Below are positions 50,880-64,000 of a stretch of DNA of 64,000 bases, in pieces. The notes below the pieces were generated by a model. The model had not been told where the DNA came from. It saw only the letters and a program-made list of their open reading frames with translations, and searched no databases. The stretch covers positions 75,206,001 through 75,270,000 of the forward strand of contig OZ320315.1 in NCBI GenBank assembly GCA_976226885.1. Direction: 5' to 3'. This stretch comes from Iphione sp. A-MEVVRFRX5 (taxonomy: Eukaryota). Every line of letters starts with the position of its first letter. Within the stretch, counting starts at the first letter, position 1. Both the position numbers and the translations under genes were made by a program.

Positions 50880-51200
50880 CTACACTGATGTCTTTTGACA
50901 TGTCATCTTGAATTGAGAGAAGCAACCTTTGACAATAGTTCATGATAATTTTTGGCCTTTTGGATACACAATGTTGAACACATAGGAAGTAGTCCAAGCC
51001 TCACTGAGATTGCTACTAGATGCAACCTGTACTCCATCAATAAATATGTAGAAGGAGTCCACATGGAGCAAGGGTTGGTCAATCCTTTTGATCACAATAC
51101 AACCACCAGTTGCCTCAGGTTCTCCTTGAAGACAGATGATCTCATTATGGTCTTTATGCAGCTGATACGGAAGACACATCAATCCAACTGTCCAGACTGC
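50880..51200 (-). pseudogene. Decayed coding fragment resembling the SAMD3-like C-terminal domain common in DNA-transposon accessory ORFs
   Basis: FYIFIDGVQV...SYVFNIVYPK motif; recognised from memory only. Confidence 0.3.
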
Positions 51201-54200
51201 CTCTGAAATATTAATGGCACCATAATTTGTAAATTATATTTGCAAAATATAAGTTAGGGTTCAGTTCACTACCTCAAAAATATGGTCAAAGAGCTGACTG
51301 ATTCAAATCTGTTATGTGTAACTATGTTTTCTTAAGTAGAAATTATATACATAATAATTGCTCAAACACAAATTTTAAGGATAGAAATACTGTGTACTCA
51401 CTTCTGTCTAGTTTATCCAATGATAGTCTTACTTTGACAAGTTGTCTCTAAAATGGACCCAAAGTCAGTTCACATGGAAGAGCAGACGGCATTCAGGAAA
51501 CGTTATATATAACATGACGATAGTGTACTTATTTCTGGTGCAATTGGATTAGTTTTACTGATGGTATGGAAACCAGAAATCTAAAATCCAAACAATATAG
51601 TAGTCTCACTTCAACCTTTTGTCGTCAAAGTTTAGACTCCCTTTGTGTCATAACTAATAGTTTGATTCTTTTAGCCAAACTAAGTTTCAATTAAGCAGAG
51701 TATGTTGGCATTCTGGAGATGTATCAAATGTGACTCTAGCTTACCCATTTCGTGTACAGTAGGAGTAGTATTTGTATTTGTATGAAAATCAGATAGCCCT
51801 AACCAATGCAAGTAGATTACCAATTTTCAAACTAATTTTCTGTCACAATGAATCATTCAGCAATTCTGTAAAACTGGGCACCAAAATGTCTCTTTCTTTA
51901 ATGCATATATCTCGAGTACTACTCAATGTACAAACATAATACTTAAATGTCGGAAATCCCCAGGCCGTCAACTTCTTACTTGTGGTAGATTTAAACCATG
52001 TGACAACACCATCACAAAAAGGTAGCCATTGAAACAGGAAGTAGATTTACTTCCCTCCTTACAAGAGATCTTAAAATACAAATATTTTCTTGAATTAAGA
52101 ATGTAGTATTTCTATTTTGTACTTTAAATTTAGATTCAGTACAAAATTTATCAATTTATCCACATGGCTCTGGATAAATGGACTACAGTAGTCCCTCAAT
52201 AACTGACACTTTAGGTTCCTTAGGATTGTATCAGATATATGGGAATTGTCAGTTATGGAGACTTCTTTCACATTTGGTTCTGCCTGAGTGTGTCAGTTAA
52301 GCAGTAATATCGGTTAAAAAGTTGTCAGATAAGTGGGGAGGGTCACTGTATATCCTTATATAACTGCTACTCTTCCATCTCCAGAGAAATTCCATCAATG
52401 ACCCCCTTCTAGAGTCAAATACACCCTAAAGGAGTCCAGCAAATAAAGTAATCGTTTTTGACTCTTTTACAATGATATTACCTCCCTTTTGACTCTTCTT
52501 TTGTTTTCTGTGTAGTATGTATTATAATTTGTATAAACTGGATATTTACAGGCTCAAGAAGGTGTCTGTTACTCGTGATGGACGATCGAGGAGAATACTG
52601 GCGGTGGAAAGGCCCACATGCAACACGTTACAAATTGAGTTATATATCTATTCTGGAATTAAAACAAAATAGAACAACAGGGCACTAGGATAGCTAAGAA
52701 ATCCGTGTTTATACATAAAATAAAGCGAGCAACTCTGTTGGATTCAAGGTAATATCAGGCTATGGATGTCATTTAAGATATGGAGCTTTATTTGAAAACA
52801 ACCAGACAATGGTGATATGGATGCTCAATAAACTGTTTAAAACGTTTAAACTTATGTTGCTACCAATCAGTGAATACGGGGTAAAAGTCCTTCCCCGAAA
52901 TAATGCATGTGCCTTTATCAGACTCTCTCGATTGCACAAGAGTCGTCAGGAGAATGATTGGTGGACACAGAGGTGTAGAATGCTTAAAGATAGATAACTG
53001 TCAAGTACATGTGGTAGAAAATCAGGAGGGATATGAGGGTACTGCAGCTGATGTATCATAAAGCAAGCGATGGAAGGCGGGTAATAAACCAAGGCGGCAG
53101 AGGACGAAGGCAGAAGATATTACGTTCCTCAGATCAAAACCAAAAGGTACAATATTAAGCACAGAGGAAGTTTACTGTGAGATGTGCTTTCGAATATATG
53201 TGAACTGCTACGTAAATCTCACATTCATAGAGTATTCTCATGTATGCCACGGAAACATTACTGGAACTTTTGATACAGAAACACATGGGGAATATGGTTG
53301 GTCAGAACAGCACTTTGTATGGCGTCGACGTCTGACAGGCCTATCGTATGACAAAAGCGCAATATAGGGAATGCCGATCCAGCAACATAAGAGGAACGTG
53401 TGAAGTAACAGCCATCTCCTCTCTCTTTCACCTGTAAATATCTCATTACATCTCATATTCATCTGTAATTGTAAATTTACGTAGAAATTATTGAACGTAG
53501 GATTTCTAACTACAAGGATGTACAATGGGAAAGCGAAGTTGTAAAAAGTCAATATATATACAAAATACACCAGCATATTACATGTACAATCCAGAGGATT
53601 GTGTTGTCTTAATAAGGAGCACGAATCACCCTAGGTTTTGTCAAAGAAAGTGATTAAATCATTCGAATTGTACAATATGCATCTACACGTGCTTAATGCT
53701 TAATAGCATCATATTTATGACGCAGGTATAGTCAGTCACTGAAATAATTTAATTCTAATTGAGATGGTTACTGATCCATAAAACAATCAAATCGCCTTCT
53801 AGATTGCTTAACAAAACTGGTATAACATTTTCAATGTCTGAGCGTACATTGTTAGAGGATAGTACTATAATGTAATGAAATAGATCCACATATAACTCAG
53901 TATTAACCCTTGTATTCGAACAGTTATAAGTATATAGAGACGTATGAAACAGAAATAGTACCCAGTAATGAATATTACAATTGAAATAAGTTTTCAGTTT
54001 GATATTGAGCCTGATAATAGCCCTAACAATCCCTCAGTGTGATTTTTCAATTATTAAGATGGAAAGCATCGTACCTACCATGCTATGAAACTCCAATACT
54101 GCATGAAATTAAGAACGACACATTGTAATCGATGTCACCAAAAGGTAGCAATAATAATCTCTCTGCTCGACCTTTCATTGAATGAGGAGGGAGAGTTTTA

Positions 54201-57200
54201 ATCCACCTCCCCTCTGGCCTCCAGCCCTTCTCGGCAGCATCTCAAGTTTTCCAATCTTTTAAGTAAGAACAAGGGGTGGTCCTCATTTCATCCCTTTAAG
54301 CATTTTAGATATCCCCTTCCGTTATTAATTGTCACCGTTTTTCAACTTTGAATATAAAGACCCAAGCCATCAGGCTTGTCATTTGGAGACGAACTATAAC
54401 ATGGTTATGAGCAGTGTGAGAGTTTTCACGTAATAGCGAATACCAACATGTGCCACCAGTGGCAATAATATTGAGAACCGAGAATTTTAATCAATGTGAA
54501 GTGAAAATAGTGACATGAATGTATATGTAGCCTTGGAATATATCATATGGTTTGAAATGTAAGTCAACACATGATTGGCAAAACTTGTTTGTTATGCAAG
54601 GGACAGCAAATTTCTTACGGGAACAAACATTAACAAAACGGGACACATAGATTTTCTTGGAGGTCTGTCTGATCGGTTTGATATTATTTTATACATCTAT
54701 AATATAATTTTCACACTTCTAAAATCAGTCCGTCTATACTTGTTGCGCTGTCTATATCAAATTCGTTACCTACACTTTATAACTTTGCTGTAATAACATA
54801 TGCATTTCTTTTATACACAAAGTACCTATCTAACAATACCAGCCTACTCATTGCAATTATATTGAAATTTCGAGGCCCTAGTACAGTATCGAGATCAGCT
54901 TTGATATCACAACGGTATATGCACTTTGTTCAGCAATAGTCATTTCTATAGACATTTCCGTTTTAGGAATACAAATGAAATACTCGACAAATTTTGCAAG
55001 TACATGCTCGACTGCTGGTTACGCAAGTACACTGCACTATCCATCTTCTGGAAGAATGAAGTCCCTTTCTGTCTGACGAGCACAGAACCTGACAGCCATT
55101 ACCTTTGAACTGTTGTGAAGCCTTTCAGGGCCCGTGACAGCCTATCTGTCACACTGATAATAAGTAAGGGAGGAGCACATCAACACTAGACGCGTCGATG
55201 AGAGTTGGGCAGGTCTTTTAATTAAAATCCACATAATTCCTAAATGGTAGGCATCCATTGACATTCCGTTGGCAAATGACTTCATGTTTTATTCAATTGA
55301 AGTGTAAAATAAACATGCACAGATTTAAGAGAACAGTAACTTTTTCCTATATTATTCATTAAGTTATGAAAATTTGCGCTTGTTGCGTGGGCGTCTCCAT
55401 ACATCGAAATAATGTGTATATTTTGTCTTGCCAATCTATAGTATATAAGTCAACAAGTAGACTTATGTCCCTTTTGTCATTGTTATATCGCGCTAATCAG
55501 ATTCATACCAAAGACTCACCACTTCTATAAATTCTTCAACCTAAATCTTACCTCCAATCCCTGGTCCCCTTTGGCCCTGTCTGCAAGTCTCCATACTGCA
55601 TGCTGATGTAGATGGGGCTCTGGAGGGCCGTGTGTCCGCACCTTATTTTTCCACGGTGCTGGGAATCAATGCATTGCTTCCTCCGTCTATGCAGGCCTCC
55701 CCAAACCCTCCTCGAGTCTCTCTGTGGTCGGCCACATCGATAGCTCCGGGACGTTAAGGAGGCGGGCGAGCTGAGTGGGGTGCTTCGTGGTTAATCTAAG
55801 ATTATCTCCAGGTTCTGTTCTACCGACGTTTTTATGCGGTGAGTCTCCTCTGTAGCACCAACCCACAGGAAAGGGCCGGACAGGTATCGCTCTGATGCTT
55901 CTAACTTCACCACCTATCCCCTCCCCGTATCCCACCCATCCCCGCCCTTCCTGGACCACCGGTCCCTTGGGGAGACAATTGCGGTACACTGTATGTTGGA
56001 TATCTTAGCCTAAATCAAGTGGATCTTCTCTTGTTTTGTCATGAGATCGATTAGTGGTATGTAAAGATAAAGGCACGGAAAATGATAATACTTCATTGTT
56101 GCCTTGTAATTTTTTGGCGTTCGGTTTATGATGTGCTGCACTACGTTTGTGTGATACTTGGTAATTTGATACAGACACCTACATCTACCGGGTTAAGTTT
56201 TGAAAAAATATTTTCAGTGGATTATATTGTCAAAGGAACCTTTGTGGACCATATCTCCTCTTGTATTTTCCACCGATTTTGACCTGATCGTCTGAGGTGC
56301 GTAGTACCACATATTCATAACAGTCTTTCTAGGAAATTTAATTCAATTCAGTATGCCAATGATAAATAAAAAGACGAAATTGTGCCTAGCTGCCATTCAT
56401 TGGGTTTAATGTAGGCATTTACGCCAGTGGCCCCCGCAGCACTCACTGACATTCTATCATTATATTTTTATACGTAAAGCGATACCTTTATGACCATCGC
56501 TATGAATATATTTAATCCCTTATACAGGCGCGTTTTACATAACAGAATCTTTTTCTTTACAGAACTTAGTTATCGAAATAAAAAACGTGTACTCCATTGT
56601 TGTCGTGTTGCTCCTTATTGGATTATACCCGGTCATTAAAGGATGCATACGTCTGTACTGCTTTATTGCAGTTTCATCGTGGAGGAATATCCGTAATTTT
56701 AACTAAACATAACTCTAGATAATAAGCGACAAGAACATCGTATTGTTTTCTTTACAATTGAGCTGATCATGTGAACTTTATTATGCAGAAACAGTTGTGA
56801 ACTATCATATGAACATTTGGCATAGAAACATGTAAAATTGTGAATGGCAATGTGACTGACCAATAGAGTGACAAAAAACTCATGATAATTGAAATGATCG
56901 AGAATAGTGCGAGTAGAAAGGCAGCCGTCTCGTGGTTGCCATGTTTAATATTATTTACAGTTTACTATAAACACAAATATCATTGACACAGACTAGGATA
57001 GGCAGTTGTCGTGTCAAGTCTGGCTGACATCAAGAGACTGAAAAGTTTCAAGACCCTACCCTCCTAGCTATCGGCTAAGATATGTATGGGCATGTTTGGT
57101 GATCAACATCGACCGGGTAATCTCAGTATTTTCGAGAAAAGTAGTAGAGGGCTAGTCAATATGGACATTAGTTTCCTTCATTTTCATGTTACTTTCTGAG

Positions 57201-59843
57201 TGGTTTCAGTAATACGTTGAGTTCCCTTGACAGTGTCTGTAGGTAGACCTCACTGGGAGAAATTGTGAAAAGACGACCTGAATAGATAAGGAAAGTCTCG
57301 GACTCTTCAGTCTTGCTTCGATACATGCCAAGCCAAATGGAGACCGGGTGGGAATTGCCCTACACAATATGCTTCGTCGTACTTCAGTGGAGGGTATTTT
57401 GGTAACTGAAGCGCATCCAATCGTAATTGATGATGTGTTACGACAACTGTTCCTAGTGGAGATGGGGCTCCCGCGGGGAGGCGAGACCGTTCCGTGTGGC
57501 ACCCAGGCCAAGGGTTAAGGATAATTGGTTCGTGTTTTATGGTGCGGCGACAGATAAATAATGCAGGATACCTCTAGCTTTGGCTCATAAAACTCGCCAT
57601 TCGTATCGATTTTCCTTCTGAAGTTCCATTCATTTCTACCCATCCTTTCATATAACTGTGTACCTATGCGAAAGTCTTCGTGATGCGGTAACAGAGAATA
57701 TGGATTTTTTTTTCAACATCTCGATTCTCCTGATCTAGTTCGTTTTACACAGATCTTCTGGGAGTTGTTTTCACAACCAACCTTTGCTATCTTGTCTACT
57801 TGATAATATATATGCGTATATATTTACCCTGAACAGATTGAACTTGACTTCCCTTTTCAGCCCTAACTTATATTTTATGGTAGAAGTAGTTAAAAACTTG
57901 TGAAATCCCTAATACACGTATCTCGTTCTCTACCCCTAGCGGGTCCCATACGTTAAACAAGCATATTATATCGAAATCTTACCCACCAGATCTTCTACTC
58001 GTTGCCCAACCTCTTGACTCCTAGCGACGCATATTGGAACACCAACGCTCCCCACCCATCCATAGGCATTCCTGTAGTTTAAACACACGGGGCATGGGCA
58101 AAGATTACATAAGGAGTTGTAGTTGTCCATAGCCTTGCCCGATCTGTGTGAATGTGGACACGCTTTGACGCCGCAGGCAAGTCTCCAATTTACTCGACTA
58201 GGATGTCGCCGGCTGAGAGAACCGTAATGAGCGGGGTATGTACAAAGACGTAATGAGGAGTGGTGGTATTGATTTGAAGAGGAGTGTGCCCTGCAGGGAG
58301 TAGGCCAAAGTAAAGGGAGCAGAATGAATAGAGGACAGAAGCGAGGTGAGGAGGAGAGGCATTGCGGCGAGAGTGAGAGAGAGAAAGAGAGAGAGACAGA
58401 CAGACAGACAGAAAGGCAGTCAAAGACAACGAGATACCTGAATAATAGAGTATCTGAGGGAAGACAGGAAGAGAGTTTTAAACAGCGGGAGAGAATGATG
58501 TTCAGAAAATGAGAGGGAGAGTGAGGGAGAGGGGGAGGGCACATTAATTAGCATAGCGGTCAGGGGTTAGGACGGTAAGCGCGTGAGAGACAACGACGAA
58601 GATCAGGGAAGAAAAGATGCTTGTGGCAGGAATCCAGGGTATTTGGGCAAAAGAAGGACTGTCTGTGAGTAGGGATAAGGTAGGGAATGAATACGAAGGG
58701 AAAGGCTTAATGCATTGAAACAGTCTGAATATGGGACGCTCGGCCAGTGGGGAGCAGATAGGACAGTTGGCAACGAGGACAACAAGAGGTAGGCCTACTG
58801 AGAATGTTCTTGGCCATCAGGCCCAGTTTCCATATACGCAAATACTGCAGGCCCAAAACTGGAGGGGGGGGGGGGCAGTGGAACGGAGGTTCTTCCGCCC
58901 CCCCCCCCCATGCAGGAGTTGCCTAAATGATGACTAGGGGCACATACAGGGTGGAAGGAGACATGGGAGTGGGTGAGGCTGAGAGTGATGAACAGCAGAG
59001 AGGCAGGTAGATAGAAAGTGGAGGGGAGAGAAACGTGAATGAACAAAAAGAGAAACAGATACCTCCCACATGCTTATCAGGATAAAACATAGTTACGGGC
59101 CTGGACTTGGGTGTCCAGTGTACGGGATTACTTTAAAATCAATTAGCTCATATTTTAATGGGCTGTATATATATGCATACATAATATGGATACATGCAAC
59201 GTACAGAAGACAGAGAGCTTTGGGGCTTGAGAGAGGTCCAGCCGAGGAAACAAAACCAAGGCGCACCTCAAAAAAGGAAAGCAGACGTGACTAACAATGT
59301 GTTCAGAAGGAGCATCTCGACAGACATAGGGCGATATCATTGGTTAAGTAAACTATCAAAGACAGTGTGGAGAAGGCTGATAGATAATTTTGACGGGCAC
59401 TTGTGGTAAAAACTTCGAGTTATTGAAGAAGGGAGTCAATGAACAATGAAAAGTAAAGAATTTGCATTAAAAAAGCTTCGAGTCAGAGACTTTCTGGAGA
59501 TAGGGATTACGAGAAGCGCTATGTTGTTACACCCGCATTACTCAAAGTTCATCGCAAATTGTTCAGCGGACAACAAGTGACTTCACTGATGAATGTCTAC
59601 ACTTTCGGTTCGACCCAGATGGAAATCACTGTATCATATGTTCAAATGATTTCAATCTCTACATTGTGTTGTTAATAACTTTCAAATGCTATCGTTACGT
59701 GAGGTGTTCATTCGTTGGACATTTCATATCAGTTAATCTAGCTTGCAATGGTTAAATAATCCTTCTAAAGCAGCAATAGTGCTGTGTTTTGCACTATTCT
59801 TTTCTGACATTGCCCTATCTCTCCCAGTTATGTGCTTGGATAA

Positions 59844-60170
59844 GGCCTAAAGAAATAGCTGTGTTTCCAGTAACTCAACCGCCCCTACATTATAGCCAAT
59901 TGTAACTTTTTATTTTTTTCTTATTTTTGAATGACTTCAGAATAAATAATGAAGGAGACATGTTCTATGCACCAAATTACTCCCCAAGTTACTAGCTTTC
60001 ATTTGATATAAGTTTTATTAAAATCTAAGTAGTGGAAATGATGTTACCATATATATTTCTTCCTGCCATCCTAAATTGACATGGAAAAAATAGAAAAATA
60101 ACAAATAGTACCTAGCAACCGACCCTTTCTTTTTTGGCTTGTTAGCAGAAACACAGAATTTTTTTAGGCC
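59844..60170. mobile_element. Tourist-like MITE, related family
   Basis: Imperfect TIRs GGCCTAAAGAAATAGCTGTGTTTC / GAAACACAGAATTTTTTTAGGCC, with TAA on both flanks. Confidence 0.75.
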
Positions 60171-63100
60171 TAACACAGCATGTAAAGGCTTTGAGTGAGG
60201 TCTGCTGGGTAAGATGTTTGAATCACCATACAAAGAAGATAAACGTTCCGAACTCTTATTACTTATGTGTTTAAGTCTTGAGTTAAGTGAACGAGTAGTG
60301 TGAACAGTAACCCATGCTCCGGGCAACAACATCGGCCAACTGTTTCATCCTGGGGAAGGACTGATTAAAGCGCAGCAGGAAATATTTGGTTAGAAAACCT
60401 TTAGTATATATAATATATGATCAGCAATGATATTTTAAAACCTACACAAAATATGTTTATCTCAACAGGGATTTTGCAAATGATCTCACAACGAACTGTT
60501 CATCAGTCACCTTCTAAAGGTAGTGGTCATGATATGAGTTCATCACATGGTGTCGTGGATATATATGTTTTACTCGAAGAGGTAAGGTCCTGTAGACCCG
60601 GGAGATTATATAACATCGTCGAAGCATAATGCCGCACGCCATATAATTTAAGATGCAGGCATTAAACGGACTCAATAGGTACAAAGATTAGGAGTAAGTA
60701 ACAAAAACAAACCGGCAATCTCTTGACCGCCCCTCATCCAACCAACCATCAAATCGTAGTATACAACGTAACACGGAATGTTATGCGCGGGCTGCGGGAA
60801 TTCACCATGCCAACTATGTACAATCAAGGAAGAGGCTAGAAGGTAAAAATACTGAGCAGCTAATGTAGGTAATCTTCTCCTAGACTACGCATAGGATATG
60901 TAGGATACTAGGACTGGCTTTTGGGAATTTCCGCGGTTAGTTGACCTTGACTGAGCACGTTACGTTAACGTCATACACATGCAAAACTCTTTTCGGGTCT
61001 ATCGCCAGAGACCAAATCTAAGTACCGAAATGAAATAACAGATCCTCCAGAATAGTTGTTTGGTTTACGTGTGTATGTTTAAAGCTTCTTTTCCACATAA
61101 TGTGTAGGAGTCGACAAACGCAGCTCAGGTGGTTTGGGTAAGAATTTGGGACAAAAGCTCGGGGTTTGGAATGGGTTCGAACGGTTTTTAACCCAGAGAT
61201 TTCTCTTGGGAATAACACTACCTGAAAGACAATAGAGAGATTTCTGTTCGCCGCAGTCCATCGACTGTTGAGCGACTGTATGCAAGAATACACTATAAAT
61301 GCTGGATTATAAGAAAAATGAACAAAGAACCGACCGTATTTAAAGGAGCTGAGAAATACCATCTCAAAATGTAAATGTTGGGAGTATCGAAATATTCTCA
61401 AGCATACGAACAGTGAGCCTTCATGCTGCTATCCATAGGACCAGTTTGAAACAGGTAGAAATGCAAATACAGAGACCCAACTGACATGATCATAGATGAA
61501 TGGTTCATTGTCTTGGATTTCATCTTATATTGAAGATGTGGGGGAAAGGGTTATGAAAAATACGAGAATAAATGTAACTATACACATGTGCAAGAATATG
61601 TAAAGAGTCAACAAACAATGGATGTTCTTTGATATTCCTACATGGGTTATGCAGAGACAATTTCGTAACACTTTAAAAATATCTGTTGAATATGTATGTA
61701 AAAATAATTTTTTTTACACCTCTGCCTTTGGCGGACCCGCTTGAAGCCAGTCAGAACCTCAAAGCAAGTGATGTCAATCACTGATTGCTTACAGTGTTTT
61801 TCCCTTAATTGTATACATATATACATATTTAATTGACACAATCAAGCAGCGATCTCTCCAAGGTCTGAACTTTCAGTTGTGCACAACTGCCATCTTTTCT
61901 AAGAGCAGATGAAGTTGGGTTATATCGCATGAGTTGATTCTCCAAATGGCCTGCCAGCGCAAGATCCAGACCATTAAGACACCACTATGAATAGATTCAT
62001 ATGTATATATGCGATTGAAATACAATATACATGATAGGTATATTGTAAGTCATAAATGCTGGGTAGAGCTCTCTCACTTTACAATTATACAAGCCCTCCG
62101 GGTTCTATTGCAGTTGATATGGCGTAACCCTAGGGGGTTTCGCCAATTGTTAATTCGTCATTATCTAATAGTATGAGGTTGCTCTCGGGCCTGCTTGGAC
62201 ACCACTGACAGTAGTTACAAGCGGGTCGGCTGTTGAGGAATGACCATACACTGTGCTTTCTCCCTCTTCTATTGCCAGAGATTACCAGTTCATGGGTTGC
62301 CACAGGTGAACTTTTGACCGTGAAGCGATCTCAAGATTTTTATGCAGTTAATGCTTAACTGTTCTGTTTTTGTGATTGCTTATTATACACATGTCCACTG
62401 ATTGTAGGTTGGAACGTTCAGATCTAAAAACAATTACGATTATTTTCACCTGTGTGTCATATATACAGATGAATCGACTCATGTGAGATTGCAACCAATG
62501 ATATAAAGCAGTTGTCGTAATAACCCCCGCTCCCTTTTTGTCATTACCTCGAACTGGACGAATCCCTTGGGGCTAAAGCACACTGTAATTCCTCGGTGAA
62601 AACTGTTTGTTAGATAGAAATGATGCTGTAGCTCATTCCTACGAATGGCCACCCCCGATATACTTTCTCGAAGAACGCCCTTCGAGTTGAACTAGGGGGA
62701 GGGGGAAAAGAAAACGAAAATAAAAAAAAACGGTGTATGGGGGAGTTGTAGACAATAGAGCCCATACTTGTTGTTGATGTTGGCGTACATGCAGGTATAT
62801 ATATGGTCCGATTCTAGAAGAAGCTCTGCTTTATCCTACGTCTGGATGTCATGTGGTCCACACAGCGCCGCTATGTTGGCTTCAAAACCATATGCTATCC
62901 CTGAAATTCAGCGGTACCAGGCATGTGTCCCCCTTTTTGTCTCTGTACAGAGAAACATCACTGTCCCTGTCCGCAGTGTCAGTAAAGAAAAGCTAAAAAA
63001 ATGTTTTCCAATAATGCACTTGTTAGGCATATGTTGTATATGTCATCACATAAATTGTTTCCGTGTCCTTCTCCTGACACCACCAGACAACGACGTGCAC

Positions 63101-63530
63101 GCCACAGATGTGGGTTAAGCATCGAAACTCCACGGGCGTGTGGCGGGGGGGGGGGAGGGTGTTCAAAATGTGAGGAGAGAAGAAAACGGTCAGTTGTCTG
63201 TGTTTGTATCATTTCAAAGCAAACCGATTCCATTATCACATACGGTTTTTGTTTTTTCATCTTGTATTGTAGTATAGAAGCATATCTGGGATACTGAGCT
63301 AATACGCCATGTGGAAGGAACGGGCGTCTGGGCATCGAACAAGTGTCGGAACGTCTGTCTCCGCGTGAATATTAGGTTCTACTAACCTTCTCTCCCTTCT
63401 TCACGCACCTTCGGGGCCAAGAGCAAAGCCAGTAACAATTACATTCTGAACCATCTTTCGATCATTTTGGCTGTTCAGTCTTCCCTGCCTGCGTTAAATA
63501 TCTCGGTATTTTTTGTCTGAGTGATAATTA

Positions 63531-63874
63531 GGCCCAAAAATTAAGTGTGTTTCTGGTAACAACCAGCCAAAAACCTAGGTAGGGAGTGGGTATCTTTTTT
63601 TATAGATTTTTTTCCAGTTTCTTCCTCTGGTTTTCAATAATAAAGAAATTATCAAGGATTTTGACCAATCTGTATGAGTTTTACAGGTTTTTGGTGAATT
63701 TCCATGGATTTTGTTGTTTTTCTACCAAATTTACCCAAAACATGTGTCATGAAAACACATATCTAAGGAAATTCAGCCTTGGAAACTCTTTGGGGCCAAT
63801 TTTTTTAGGTAGGGGGAGGTTTTACTAGGTAGGGGTGGGTTACCAGAAACACCTATTTGTTTTTTGGGGGAGCC
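63531..63874. mobile_element. Tourist-like MITE, same family as 46079-46343
   Basis: Shared GTGTTTCTGGTAA, AAAACCTAGGTAGGG and TTTTACTAGGTAGGGGTGGGTTACCAGAAACAC; TTA on both flanks. Confidence 0.85.
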
Positions 63875-64000
63875 TTACGTAAATTTAGCTGTATTGCTCT
63901 CTTTATGAAGCTTTATTCATACCATGGTCCAGTACTTTTGTGTTTTCTTGGCCTTTCAATAGAGTGGTCCAGTATGTACGTAGGTGAAACGTCTCAAATC

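Noticed and set aside
57286-57513. Stop-free + strand stretch ending at a GT (possible exon)
   Set aside because: Weak acceptor with no polypyrimidine tract and no recognisable domain.
58862-58909. G-run/C-run hairpin
   Set aside because: Low-complexity pairing in a purine-rich tract; not specific.

Overview
Eukaryotic, probably marine invertebrate, AT-rich genomic DNA with no confidently identifiable host gene. The window is dominated by a nested mobile-element cluster. (1) A GC-rich Ty3/Gypsy LTR retrotransposon spans 17373-33850, with a CTTG target duplication, a tRNA-Leu primer site, a -1 gag/pol frameshift signal and degraded gag/pol. It also has a third, non-env ORF that starts with two C2H2 zinc fingers. 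(2) An apparently intact 6.56-kb CR1/L2-group non-LTR retrotransposon (24404-30963) sits inside the second zinc finger. It has three ORFs: an ORF1p carrying a C-terminal NADAR (YbiA-like) domain, a free-standing SGNH-hydrolase-like ORF, and APE-RT. (3) A Crypton-type tyrosine recombinase with one frameshift follows, then a long hairpin. The rest holds decayed LINE relics, a tRNA-derived SINE, MITEs and simple repeats. The leading candidates for novelty are the NADAR+SGNH three-ORF LINE and the zinc-finger ORF3 of the Gypsy element. All domain calls are by motif recognition only; no searches were run.
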